NCBI RefSeq assembly: GCF_009834535.1
Contig: NC_045696.1
Span: 44,580,001-44,644,000, forward strand
From: Camelus ferus
Lineage: Eukaryota
Length of the DNA: 64,000 bases
Direction: 5' to 3'
Part shown: one piece after another, positions 1-12,509 of the stretch
Layout: the number at the start of each line of letters is the position of its first letter
How positions within the stretch are numbered: the first letter of the stretch is position 1
Made by a program: the position numbers and the translations under genes
Notes under the pieces: model-generated
What the model was told of the DNA's origin: nothing
The model's database searches: none
The model's input: the letters and a program-made list of their open reading frames with translations, nothing else

Positions 1-584
1 TTTTGGCTGAAGAGTTGGAAGAGGGCAAGTCTAGCAACTAGGACATTGGGTGGTTTAAGAGTAGGAGACAGAGGGGGAAGGGTCAGGGTCCACAGACATT
101 TAAGGAATGTCTGCCATTTGGGTGCACAGGCAGGCACACATTCCTCCCCTCCTACCCCAGGCCTCTGAGATTCCTGCATATAAATATGCAGAGAACAGGA
201 AGTCATATTCAAGTTAACATGAAATCATTTCTTATTATTTCTAATTTCTTATTATGAAAGTGTGTTTTGCCAAAGCAGATCACAGGATAATTGAATTAGC
301 CAGTAGTATCCAACCGCCCATCTCCATCCTCAATGTGGACCAAAAAAACAAAACAAAACAAAAAAAAAAACAAAAGACTTCCTGACAAGCAGGAATGCCA
401 GTTCTGCTAGAATTTGGCCTGAAGCACTGCTATAGGGAAGTTTCTCCAGAGATAGTAGTTCAAATATTTTGTTACAGCATCTTCACAAATGCTAGTTGTG
501 AATAAGATGATGGAACCTGCATTTCTCCCTCAAAGGTACTCCACAAGGAAATTTGCTATTTGACCACTTTCTTTCTTTCTCTTC

Positions 585-1522
585 TTGTAATGAAAACTTT
601 AAGATTTACTCTCGTAGCAACTTTCAAATGCAAGATACTCTGCTGTTTGTTTTAGTCACCATGCTGTAATCCCCAGAACTTATTTATTTAAAACTCAAAG
701 TTTGTCCCTTTTGACAATCTTCCCACATTTCACCCATCCCCTAACCCCTTCTCTGGCAGCCACTAATCTGTTCAGTTTTTTTAGATTCTACATCTAAGTG
801 AGATCACACGGTATTTGACTTTTGTTGCCTTATCTTACTTAGCATACTGCCTTCAAGGTTCATCAGTGTTGTCACAAATGGCAGAAATTCCTTCTTTTTA
901 TGGCTGAGAAATATTCATATATATAATGTATATATGTAATGTAGACACACACACACATTTGCTTTATTCATTTATCTTTTGAGGGACACTTAGGTTGTTT
1001 CCATGTCTTGAGTATTGAAAACAATGCTGCAATGAATACTGGGGTGCAGATAATTTTTAGAAATAGTAATTTCTTTTCCTTCAGATATATACCCAGAAGT
1101 GGAATTGCTGGATCATGTGGTGGTTCTATTTTTAATTTTTTTGAGGAAACTCCATACTGTTTTCCATAGTGTCTGCACCAATTTACATTCCCACCAATAG
1201 TGGACAAGTGTTCTCTTTTCTCCAGATTCTCACCAAAACTTCTCATCTCTTGACTTTTTAATAATAACCACTCTAACAAGTGTGAAGTGATATCTCATTG
1301 TGGTTTGATTTGCATTTCCTTGGTGATTAGTGATTTCAGCACTTGTTCATATATATTGTTGGCCATTTGCATGTCCTCTTTAGAATAATGCCTATTCAGT
1401 TCTTCTTTTTAATTGGATTACATTTTGTTGTTGTTGTTGTTATTGAGTTGTATGAGTTCTTTATATATTTTGGGTATTATCCCCTTATCAGATCTATGAT
1501 TTGCAAATATTTTCTTTCATTC
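585..1522 (-). mobile_element. LINE-1 (L1MA-like) 3' end: ORF2 C-terminus plus 3' UTR, degenerate
   Basis: ORF 968-1279 reads like the L1 ORF2 C-terminus (GGNVNW, HDPAIPLLGIY, CTPVFIAALF, KTWKQPKCPS). L1 3' UTR-type sequence runs down to about 585, next to a T/C-rich tract. Confidence 0.9.
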
Positions 1523-2623
1523 CTAAAATGCCAGGATATTGGGTGTAAACTCCATCCTTTTCCCATTCTTTCTCAGGAAAAGATTCTGGGTTGTATGCCT
1601 TTCCCTATTCTGCACAGCTGTGCTGGCTGCTCAGAGCCACCCAGGCCTTTTCCCGAGAATAATACACTGAAATGCCATGTTGTCAGAAGCAAGATTCACT
1701 TCTCTCCCTACCTCTTGAAAGAGACATCTCAGGATTGCTCATCTTCTCTCTATCCCACAGAATCATGCTGGTTGCAGAAAGCCAATCACTCCCTCTCCCT
1801 AGGGGAGTGCACTAAAATGCAGTGAAGCTGGGTGGGAGCTCCATCCTTCTTCCCTCTCCCTGCAGCAGAAGCCTCAGGATGTACACCTACCCTCAGTCCT
1901 GCAAAGCCCTGCAGTCTGCCAAGATCCACCCACTCCTCTTTTGTTGGGGAGCGGACTGGGATGCCAGGAGGTGGGGTGCAATGCCACTCTCTCTTTCCTT
2001 CCCGGGGGAGAAGTCTCAAGACCATGCACCTTCTCTCCATCCCGCAGCACCATACTGCAGAGAGCCACCTACCACTTTTCACTGAGGGGCCAGGCTGGAA
2101 TGCCAGGAGGCTGGGTGCAAGTTCCACTTTTCTCCCAGTCTTCTGAAGGAGAAGTCTGGGAATTATGCACCTTCTCTCAATCCCTCAGGGCCAGGCAAGC
2201 TACAGGGAGCCGCCCACCCCCTTTCTTTGTTCTTTGCTGTCCTCAGGCATTCTCAGTGCCGGTTGCCTCAGCAGTCTGGGTGAGGTTACAGAGGTAGATT
2301 TCTTGGGCAGCATCCCAAAAGGTAGAGGATATCAAATGCATGCTTACCGCACTCTTTCCCCCAAGGGAGAAATCCAGTGGCTCTTTCCTGGCACTGAACT
2401 ATGCCTACTTGGGGGAGGGGTGGCATGGGTACAGTGAAACTACTCTTCTTACCTGTTTCAAAGTGGTTTTTCTCGTTTTTGTGCTGTCTTGGCTGTTGCA
2501 AATGCTTAACTGGTCTCTGGAGGTCTCAGAAAGTTATTTTGGCTCAAACATCATTGTTTTATATGTGTTTATGGGGAGGGACAATGCCTGGGACATCTTA
2601 TTCTGCCATTGTACTGACGTCAC
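1523..2623 (-). mobile_element. LINE-1 5' UTR with tandem ~144-bp monomers, abutting the 3' end above
   Basis: The minus strand begins AGTGACGTCAGTACAATGGCAGAATAAG at 2623, resembling the L1 5' terminus GTGACGTCAGCAAGATGGCGGAATAG. Related units start with ATGC(C) at 1528, 1672, 1817, 1961 and 2100. Confidence 0.7.
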
Positions 2624-2644
2624 TGTTCAATATCTTTTCATACA

Positions 2645-5032
2645 CAGGTACACCACGGAGACACTGCGGGTCCGGTTCCAGACCACCACAATAAAGCAAA
2701 TACCACAATAAAAGTGAATCATGTGAATATTCTGGTTTCCCAGCACATATAAAGGTTATTTTTGTACTCTACTAGAATCCATTAAGTATGCAACAGAATT
2801 ATGTCTAAAAAAACAATGTACATACTTTAATTAAAAAATACTTTATTGTTAAAAAATGCTAACCATCTTCTGAGCCATCAGTGAGTCCTAATCTTTTTGC
2901 TGGTGGAAGTCTTGCCTTGGTGTTGATGGGTGGTGGTTGCCAAAGGTTCGGTGACTGCAGCGGTTTCTTAAAATGAGACAACAGTGAAGTTTGCCACATC
3001 GATTGACTCTTCCATTCACAGAAAAAATTTCTCTGTAGCATGAAATGCTGTTTGATAGCATTTTACCATTTTTGAACATTTAGAACATTAGAGCATTTAA
3101 CGTTTTGGAACTTCTTTCAAAATTGAAGTCAATCCTCTCAAATCCTGCAGCTGCTTTCCTGACTAAGTTTATGCCATATTCTAAACCCTTTATTGTCATC
3201 TTAATAATCTTCACAGCATCTTTACCAGGAGTAGATTCCATCTCAAGAAACCACTTTCTTTGCTCCAGAAGAAGCAACTCCTCATCTATTCAAGTTTATC
3301 ATGAGACTGCAGCAAATCAGTCACATCTTCAGGCTCCACTTCTAAGTCTCTTGCTATTTTCACCACATCTGTAGTTACTTCCTCTAATGACTTTCTGAAC
3401 CCCTCAAAGTCACCCATGAAGGTAGAAATCGACTTGTTTCAGTCTCCTGTTAATGTTGGTATTTTGACCTTTTTCTTCCACAAATCACGAATGTTCTTAA
3501 TGACATCTAGAAGGTGAATCCTCTCCAGAAGGTGTTCAATTGACTTTGCCCAGATGCATCACAGGAATCACTACCTATGGCAACTATAGGCTTACAAAAT
3601 GTATTTCTTAAATACTAATACTTGGAAGTTGACATGACTCCTTGATCCATGGGCTGCAGAATGGATGTTAATATGCATGTTAATACGCATGAAAACAACA
3701 TGAATCTCATTACACATCTCCATCAGAGCTCTTGGCTGACCAGGCACATTATCAATGAGCAGTAATATTTTGAAAGGAATCTTTTTTTCTGAGCAGTAGT
3801 TCTCAACAGTGGGCTTAAAATATTCAGTAAACCATGTTATAAATAGATGTACTGTCAGCCAGGCTTTGTTGCTCCACTTACAAAGCACACACAGAGTTGA
3901 TTTATCATAATCCTTAAGGCTCTAGGATTTTCAGAACAGTAAATGAGCACTGGCTTCAACTTAAAGTCCATCAGCTGTATAGCCCATAAGAGAGTCAACA
4001 TGTCCTTTGAACCTTTAGAGCCAGGCATTGACTTCTCCTCTCTAGCTATGAAAGTCCTAGATAGCATCTTCTTCCAATAAAATGATCTCAGTTTGATCTC
4101 CTGGATAACTTGCTGTGATTTCTACATCAGCACTTGCTGCTTCACTGTGTACTTTGATGTTATGGAGACACCTTCTTTCCTTAAACCTCATGAACCAACC
4201 TCTGCTGGCTTCAAACTTTTCTTCTGCAGCTTCCTCATCTCTCTCAGCCTTCAAAGACTTGAAGAGAGTTAGGGCTTTGTTCTGGATTAGGCTTTACCTT
4301 AAGGAAATGTGGTGGCTAGTTTGATCCATCCAGACCACTATAACTTTCTCCACATCAGCAATAAGGTTAAAACAACCTTATTGCTTTCTTATCATTTGTA
4401 TGTTCACTGCACAGAAGTAGCACTTCTAATTTCCTTCAAAAACTTTTCCTTTGCATTCACAACTTGGCTAACTGTTTGGCACCAGAGGGCTGATTTTCAT
4501 CCCATCTCAGCTTTCTGCATGCCTTCCTCACTAAGCTTTATCATTTCTGTTTTGATTTAAAGTAAGAGATATGCAACTCGTCCTTTCACTTGAACTCTTA
4601 GAGGCCTTCTGTAGGGTTATTAATTGGCCTAATTTCAGTATTGTTGTGTCTCAGGGAATAGGGAGGCCCAAAGAGAGGGTGAGAGATGGGGACACCTGGT
4701 CAGTGGAGCAGTCAGAACACACAAAATGTTTATTATTTGCCATCTTCTTTACATGCAGTACATGGTGCTCCAAAATAATCACAATAGTAACATCAAAGAT
4801 CATTGATCACAGATCACCATAACAAATGTAATAAGAAGAAAGTTTGAAATATTGCAAAAATTATCAAAATGTGACACACACAAAAAAGTGAGCAAATGCT
4901 GCTGGAAAAATGGCACTGATATACTTGCTCACAGAGAGTTGCCACAAACCTTCAATTTGTAAAAAGAACAAAACAAAACAAAACAAAACAAAACACTGTA
5001 TCTGTGAAGTACAATAAAACAAAGTGTGCCTG
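2645..5032 (-). mobile_element. Tigger1 DNA transposon (Tc1/mariner-pogo), essentially full length
   Basis: Termini CAGGTACACC... at 2645 and ...GTGTGCCTG at 5032 followed by TA (left flank CA). Length is about 2.4 kb, and both ends match recalled Tigger1 termini. Confidence 0.95.
2859..4608 (-). pseudogene. Decayed Tigger1 transposase (TIGD1-like; CENP-B HTH + DDE_1), frameshifted
   Basis: Collinear fragments in different frames: [105 protein letters not shown]. Confidence 0.93.
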
Positions 5033-5867
5033 TACTAATCATTGATGCACACAAAAAGCGTATTTTGGGAATAACACTTACTAACACAAATATACAAATT
5101 AAATAAATTAGAAAACTGCCGGGGAGGAGAGACAAAAGAAAACCTGAAGTCATATGTGGTAATAACCCTACAAACACCGATTTCTCACCCAGCCTTAAGG
5201 TAGTTGGGTACTGAAGAAAATGTGCAGCTTGTAAGAGGAGATAAAGATTTAATAAGGAAAAATGTTTGTGGATGTAAGTAAACCTGTTTTAGTACAGGAG
5301 AATTTCATAAGGCACTGCGAGAAACTTTGGGAGGATGCAGAGAAGTAGAAAGTTAACAGAAAGGCATCACTGAGCATTTGAGAAATACATGTAGGAATCT
5401 GGATGCCTACAGGCATTCACATTTTCGGTAATGAGCAAGAATAAAAAGAAGTTAAGCATGATGAATTTGGTTTTAACAGTATCCTGAAGATAGGAAGCAA
5501 TCCAAATTTATAGAATTCAGCCGTAGGTTGGGATAAAAGGACAGGTGGTTCTAATGTGGGGTCAGATTTTTCTCTCTTTGTCTTTGGAGAGGAGTGCAGC
5601 AGAGATCAGGCAGGGAGCAAGGTCTAACAGATGGTTGTAGCAGAAGGTTGAAGGTAGAATACCGCAACAGTAGGAGGTGGGCCCCGGGTTGACATGCCTC
5701 AACAAGTTGGAGCCCAAAGAGGACAACATGATCAACAGAGCAATCCCAAATACAAGCCCCATGGAAAAAGGCACCATATCTGCTATGCTCATCAACCAGT
5801 GCACAGAACCTGAGACATCAATCAATGCAATAATTATTTACCAAATGAATGAATTAGATATGGGTGA

Positions 5868-6200
5868 AAAACTGGAAACAGAAAGCCAATACAATGGACT
5901 AGTCAAATACATTACGGCATATCTTTACAATGGAATTTGAAATAAATGAAATTTACAATTTGAAAGTATATTATTAATACGGAAACAGAGCTATATAAGT
6001 AAATACTCAGAGATTACAAATAATATCACTGTATGACCCTATTTTTGTAAACAAATAAATATGCATGGAAAAAAGTTGAGAAGAATATACATTAAAATAT
6101 TAACTATAGTTATTTCTAGATGTTATAAGTGATGTTTTTGCTTATATAAATTTCTGAATATTTCAAAAGTTACCATGGATTATGGCAAAATTTTTAAAGC
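5868..6200 (+). mobile_element. Old L1 (L1ME-like) 3' fragment
   Basis: Degraded L1 3' motifs (aaaactggaaaca..., acaatggaat, aaaatattaactatagttatttct). Confidence 0.5.
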
Positions 6201-6379
6201 ACAAAAATGTACATGGATTTTAAGAATTGATACCTGCAATGTGAATGAATGAGTTTTTATTTAGATTGTCTATACTAAGGATTTATATTTAACTTTAATT
6301 ATACCAGTTAAGTAGGGATAAAATGGTTTAATAGTCTTCTAATTTGCATTTCTTTGCCGTATGTTTCTGTGGTTAGCAG

Positions 6380-6460
6380 CTGTAAGCTCCTTGAGGGCAG
6401 TGATAATATTTTTATAAGTATCCTGAGAACCTAGGAGTTCAATAAATGTCTGTTGAACTA
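6380..6460 (+). mobile_element. L2 3' end
   Basis: tgtaagctccttgagggcag...tcaataaatgtctgttgaa is the typical L2 terminus. Confidence 0.75.
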
Positions 6461-6849
6461 AGCAACTATTTTTAAATATCCTCTAATTATTTGCTATGTT
6501 GCTGAAAATGTACTTAAAATGCTAAATGAACACTTTATATAGGACTGGTTTAAAATGTTTTCACTTCTTCTGAAACTGCTTCTGCCTTTACTCTCTTAAT
6601 TTAGTTGCAACCTTTGTACAGAAGCAAAAAATTATGGTGTAACCTATGACTCTTTTCTATTTTGATATTTTCTGTCACTTCTCTGCTTACAGGGTGACCA
6701 TTCCAATGTTCAAGTCAATAGTCATTTTTTCTTTCTTTCTGTAACGTAAATATTTACATTTTGATTCCTAATATATTTAAAGTTTATTCATTTTATTTTA
6801 TTTCCACAAAAAAGTAGATATTGTTTTTATTTTTATCATTTTATTCTGG

Positions 6850-7700
6850 ACTTTAATACATAGGAGTTAATAACCCTCAATTCTCCTTTTCAGAAAAATC
6901 TTTGCTATTCTGACCTATTTATGCTCTTGGATGCATTCTTAGAAAATTTGTTTGGTCTGGTTACAAAAAAAAAATCATGCTGATATTTTCACTGAGACTG
7001 CATCAAAGCTGTAATGAAAGTTGGGAACATCTGACATACTTGGAATCTTATTATCTTCATATTCAGAAATACAGTTTGCCTCTCCCTTATTTCAGTATTC
7101 TCCCAATAAACCTTGGTAGTTTACGCAAACTTTTCAGCTCTCAAATTTATTACTATTTAATGTTTGCTTTATTGTGAATTGGATCCCCTTTCTATTATTG
7201 TTCCCACATATTTCTAGTTATCATTTCCTTTTTCCCTACTTTCTTTTGGCATGTTGCTTTATTCTTTTTCCTGAACACTTTAGGTAGAGACTTAGTTCAT
7301 TGTTTTTCCTTTTTCTTCCATACAAACAGAGGTATTTTGAGTGATAAATTTTCTCCTAAGTGCTATTTTGGCAACATTCCATTTTTTTTAATATATTGTA
7401 TTTATATTTTCATTGCATTTTCTTGTTATTACATTTTGGATTCCTTCCCTGACCTAGGCACTTTTACAAAATGCTTTTTTTTTAAGATTTTATGCATTTG
7501 GCACATTTTAATTCCATTCTCATTATCTGTTTCTATTTTTAATGTATTGTAGCCTAAAACGTAATCTGTAGGAAATCAGCTGTTAAAAATTGTCATTCAT
7601 TTTTTTTTTTTTTTTTTCGTTCCAGCAAGCGATCCTTTTGAAAGAGATCCTGGTATACTTGAAAAGGAAGAGCATTTCCTTATCCTGCTCTCATGTTCTC
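6850..7700 (-). mobile_element. Highly degraded L1 ORF2 fragments
   Basis: T-rich tract with antisense L1 ORF2-like phrases (ctttgctattct, gactgcat...ttgggaacatctgacat, cctctcccttatttcagt). Confidence 0.5.
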
Positions 7701-7888
7701 TCCAAATAATGATTAATTCTATTCCACTACTCACGTTATTTAGGCGGAATTTTTTTTAATTATTCATTTCCTTGTTAGTAATATAATTAGGAGAATCTTC
7801 ATATGGCAGTCTCACTTCTTTTTCTATCTTCTTGGATCTATTTTGACTAACTTGACAGTCCTCTACTGGCTTGCCACTGGCCTCTGAA

Positions 7889-8023
7889 CGAGATAATCAT
7901 ATGACTTATTACCCAAACTGGAAAATTTTTATAGTGAAAAAGAATACTGCTAATAATTATGCTGGATCAACAGGCTTGAACTAAGACTGTCTGAGCAAAC
8001 CCAGGATAAATGTATCCTACCTA
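7889..8023. mobile_element. MER94-like hAT MITE
   Basis: About 135 bp matching the recalled pattern CCAAACCGGGACACTTTT...GTGAAA...AATAATTACGCCGGGACAACAGGC...GGGCAAACC with CpG decay. Confidence 0.65.
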
Positions 8024-8469
8024 AGGTAACCTGGCACCACAGCTCTATTCACTAGGGGGTTCTACACTACTCATTCAGAAAACAGTTTGAATCTCTGACT
8101 TGAAACTTTAAAGAGTCTAGCAACATTCTGTATCTGTAAGACTTACATATAAGAGAGGCCCGGGGGCATCAGCTGCATGGATTCTTATGTGTTGGAGAGA
8201 TAGCAGTGGCGGTAACAATGTTTGCTCTTGGACGGAGGGGTTTTGAGTAATTTTTGTTTCATTCTTTTGCTTACTTGTATTTTCTAAATTAAATACAACT
8301 ACTTCTTAACAGAGGAAAAAAATAAAGCTATCCAAATAAACAGCTGATTTTGTAAGTATGGATATCTGGGGCCATTCTAAGCCTCAATTTTAATAAAGAG
8401 AGTAAGGAATTTTAGGAAAAGGGTGGAGTAATAGAAAATAAAGTGATCAACAGGCAGCCCATTAGAGTC

Positions 8470-8670
8470 AGACTGCCACTTTATTTGCAAGATGTGCAAC
8501 AGTTAGACTTATATCTGCTCTCCTTCTCCTTTGATAGAATGAAGATAACAGGAGTACCTTCCCCATGAGGGCGGTAAGAGTATTACGGGAGATAATGCTA
8601 AGGAAAGCACTTAGACCAGTGTCGGGGGGCGGGGGGGGCATAAGTGTGCAGAGCACCAGCTAGTAGCTAA
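8470..8670 (+). mobile_element. MIR SINE
   Basis: aatgaagataacaggagtacct...gagataatgc...aaagcacttagaccagtg resembles the MIR core and 3' end. Confidence 0.65.
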
Positions 8671-9334
8671 GGGCAAGCAAGAGAGCAGCAAAGGAAACAG
8701 CAGCATCAAGAAAAAAATAAGAAGTGGCGTAAATATAGAAAAGCAATCCTCAAACCGGGCCTGCCTTCCTTCATGCCATTGAACCTTAGTCCTCCGCAGG
8801 ATTCGGGCTGTTCTGCAAACCCGTGGGACCTGTTTAAGTTCAGACAGAGGCCTTCCTTCTTTAAGTGCTCCACCTCCCTGTCCCCCATTTCCCAGGCTAC
8901 AGAGATGCTGTAGCCTGCTCTGCCCGAAGCTGCCAGCCAGATGTTTTGCCCCTTGAGATTTATCATTTGCCGCAGAAAGGAAAGCAAAATCCTGCTGATT
9001 GCAGAATTGTAACATTTTTACCCAAACCATGTAGAAAGAGTCGCTGAGTGTGTTCTCTATTATTTTCTTTCTTTTTGCAGCATCAAGCCAAATGGAACCA
9101 TGTATAAGAAAATATGCTGGGAAATAATTCCAAAAGAAGTATCTGATGCGTGTGAACGTGCAGAGTTTGGGAGCAAGGGTGGCAATGATGAAGAGGACAA
9201 TTAGGTGGATGTCAACATCCATTTGTGGTATTCTACTTATATTTTTTGCAAGTATTATGATATTAATGCTAGGCTTTCGATACTGTCCATGAAAGCATGT
9301 TATAAAGATAACCTTTTTTTTTCCCTTAAATTCA

Positions 9335-9440
9335 CTACACTGACTCCTCAAAGACACAGACCCTGTCTTTTCCATTTCAATATTTTCAGCACTAGACACA
9401 ATGCCTGGCACATGGTAAGTCCTTAATATGTAGCTTGCTT
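9335..9440 (+). mobile_element. L2 3' end
   Basis: cagcactagacacaatgcctggcacatggtaagtccttaata. Confidence 0.75.
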
Positions 9441-10009
9441 AATAAAAATAGGAGAGAATAAACACACGTTACAGAATCAATTACAGAATCAAAAGTCTTG
9501 AATATGCTTTGGGAAGGGGAACAATTATCTGGGTCAACAGTAAAAGCTAGTTGAAAAGGTAAGTATTTAGTAAATTAAATTTATTGTTGTTTTCAGGGCC
9601 TCTAATCTCCTCCCTCTTAAATCTAATATTTGACTCTAAAGCACCTAACATGAGCCTTTCATTATTTTACCTGTTTAATTAGAATTCTACACTAGAGGTT
9701 GAAGGCAATATATCAACAACAGACCAACAAAATATAGTACCATCTGAAATTTTTTTAGGATGCTCCTTTAGGCTCAGACTCCTTTTGCTAGCTCTTAACT
9801 CTACATACATCAGCTCCCTGATTATCTAACAGGTCAGCATCTATCATTAAACCAAAATTATAAAGAACCAACCTTGTATCAAGAACTGTGCTAGGCATCT
9901 GGATTAAAGAATAATTAAGTTATAGTCTTCCATTTCTGATTTGCCTTTGCACTGCTGGAGCTTAACTGCCTGGTTCAGGACTCCTACTTCAGGCATCTGG
10001 CTTTCATAG

Positions 10010-10445
10010 TAGTTTCAGTAATGCTAGCTTCTATAATCAATGATCTCCACATCCTTAGGGGCTTAATTCAGTGAAAGTTTCTTCCTCACATAATGTTCAA
10101 AATGAATGTTCTTCATCAATGGGGGTGGCTCCCTCCAATTATGTGTTCAGATACCATGTGTTCCTTTCATCTTGAGATCTGCCATATTCAATATGGGCCT
10201 TACAAAGTCACCCTTGAGTTTGTCTCCATCCTGTCCAACCTGAAGTGGAAAAGAATAGAGAGGATTATGTATGGCAGTTTTTTGTGTCCTACCTGAATGT
10301 GATTCATGGAATTTCTATTTGCAATCCTTCATCTAGAGCTCAGTTGCATCACCACACCTACCTCCAAAGAATGCTTGCAAATATGGTTTAGCTGTGTGCC
10401 CCAGAAGAGGAGAAAATGAGTTTGACAAATAATTATGCAGTCGGA
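10010..10445 (-). mobile_element. Old MaLR LTR (MLT1I/L-like)
   Basis: ggcttaa...aaagtttcttcctcac at one end and gctgtgtgccccagaagaggagaaaatgagtttg at the other match antisense MLT1. Confidence 0.65.
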
Positions 10446-10654
10446 CATATCTGTCCACTCCATATATTGCAATTGCAGACAGGAGGCAGTATTTCCCATA
10501 TCCAACTTGGATATCCGAGCTACAACTCATCAGCTGGCCCCTAGAGCCAGGCCTGCCCCTTAACCTCACCCATCTCTGGGCCAAAACAAGACAACTTTCC
10601 TTCAGTGTTTCTCAGTGTTTTCTCAAAAAAAAAAAAAAAAAACAAAACTATGCT

Positions 10655-11190
10655 TGTGTGATAGACCCTAAGATGACTCCCAAAGTTCCCCACCTCCAGC
10701 TACGTACGTCCTGTGGAATTCCTTCCCTTTGCGGGCATGCTGGACTTAGTGCCTAAGTTCTACAAAAAGAAAGTGGCAGAGTGACGGAATGTCACTTCCA
10801 GCAGTTAAGTTATAAAAAGATTGATTTCCCTGGGGTTTCACTTGCTCTGGTGCTCTGAGGAAAGTCCACTGCCATGCTGTAAGTTGCCCTATGTGCCCTA
10901 TGAAAGACCCATGTGTCAAGGAACCAAGGGAGGCCTCTGGCCAGCTGCTAGTGATGACCTAAGGTTCTCATCCAACAACCAACCAGTGAGGAACTGAATT
11001 TTGCCAACAACATTTTATCTGAGCTGAGCCTTCAGATGAGATCACAGTCCCAGTCAACAACTTTACTGAAATCTCCTAAAAAGCTTTCAGCCAAAACTCT
11101 GAGATTCCTTATCCACAGAGACTGTGACATATGTACTATTTCAAGTCATTAAGTTTGGGAGCCATTTGTTACACAATAGCAAATAATAAG
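10655..11190 (+). mobile_element. MaLR LTR (MLT1E/F-like)
   Basis: Starts tgtgatagaccctaagatgactccc, contains gtgaggaactgaattttgccaacaac and gagccttcagatgag, and ends aagtttgggagccatttgttacacaatag. Confidence 0.85.
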
Positions 11191-11914
11191 CTTGTGACTT
11201 ATTGCCAGCTTGGGCTTCCATCATCCTTTGCCCCTCCTTACAAAACATCCATATTTATATACCTGTAAGATTATGTTTCTGCACATGTGTGTATTTTTAT
11301 TGAATTTATACATGTATATTAATATACGTAATTCCAGAAAATTTAAATTTATGCAAATGAATTTTTAAATAATGCTAATTTGTTAACAATATAAATTGGA
11401 TTTGTATTTTGTAAAATGCAAAAACTTCATGATTATCTTTTGTCTAATTGGTTGTCAAAATATGATCAGGCTATGACATATTAAACTTTTAAGTATGAAA
11501 TGGAAGGCCTAGGTGAGGAATATATTGCCTAATTCAGGTTTAGATGAAAGAAGGCATAGACAATATGTAGCCAAATCCTTGAGGGCAATAATCTTAATGT
11601 ATTTATTACTGTATTGCACACAGCATCTAGTACAGATCATTATATTGGAGCAAAAAATAGCAGTTAGTTAGAGATAAGGTGGATTTTCTCCCAGAATCTA
11701 ACAAACTCCTGATGTGAAAAGAAGAAAATTCTTAGTGCCTTGCCTTTTTCTCTGCAAAATATAGAATTCAGTGTTTATTATTCTATCTCCTTAAGGGTAC
11801 TGTAAGAAATAATGTAATAAAACATTGAGAACAAAACTCTGTAGCAATATCTTCAGGACTTTTTTTTAATTTAAAATTGCCAGGGAGTTTGCAAATAGAA
11901 AATACCTAAGAGGC

Positions 11915-12150
11915 AGCCTTATACTGTTGATAGAACACAGGCTTTGAAATTCAAATACATTGTACCCCAGTTCTGGCATTTATCTGTGATCTCCAAGTTC
12001 AGTTTCTTTGAACTGGTTTCCCTAACTGTAAAATGGGGATCATAATACATAAAAATAGCTTGTGGTGATGTGAGGTGTCAATGAATTTGTGTACATGCTA
12101 TAGCTTTATAAACCATAAAACACTATATAGATGTTACTTGTAATAATTAT
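11915..12150 (+). mobile_element. MIR SINE
   Basis: Core gtttccctaactgtaaaatggggatcataatac. Confidence 0.7.
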
Positions 12151-12229
12151 CATTAAGCCAAAGTATACCTGCATAGGCTAATATGTACGTTCATGTTTCT
12201 ACATCATTTCATTTTTCCAATTAATAATA

Positions 12230-12390
12230 ATTATGTACTGGGGGTTAGATTCTGTCCTAAGGGCTTTGCATGCATTGATTTTGGAGTTTAAAAAAAAGAG
12301 GCTCAGAGATGTTAAATAATTACTGAAAGCTACACAGCTTATAATTATTGGCAGAGTCTGGATTTGAACCCCAGAAACAAGTGCTCATTC
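12230..12390 (-). mobile_element. MIR SINE fragment
   Basis: gaggctcagagatgttaaataa...ggcagagtctggatttgaacccca. Confidence 0.7.
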
Positions 12391-12509
12391 TGCTCTTAAT
12401 GATAGTACAGTATCACATTCCCAGTAACATGTCATCACAGCTGCAAGGATGTGTTCACATGCATGCACAAACAGTCCACCCCGTGACATATACATATATA
12501 TATATATAC

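Noticed and set aside
174..191. Palindrome CTGCATAT-aa-ATATGCAG as a POU dimer site
   Set aside because: Arms of 8 bp are expected by chance in 64 kb of AT-rich DNA.
1343..2711. Cluster of overlapping 60-160 aa ORFs
   Set aside because: They lie in L1 sequence, mostly the GC-richer 5' UTR monomers, and show no protein signature.
2859..4608. TIGD1 host gene
   Set aside because: It is fragmented across frames, the catalytic segment is deleted, and it is bounded by Tigger1 TIRs.
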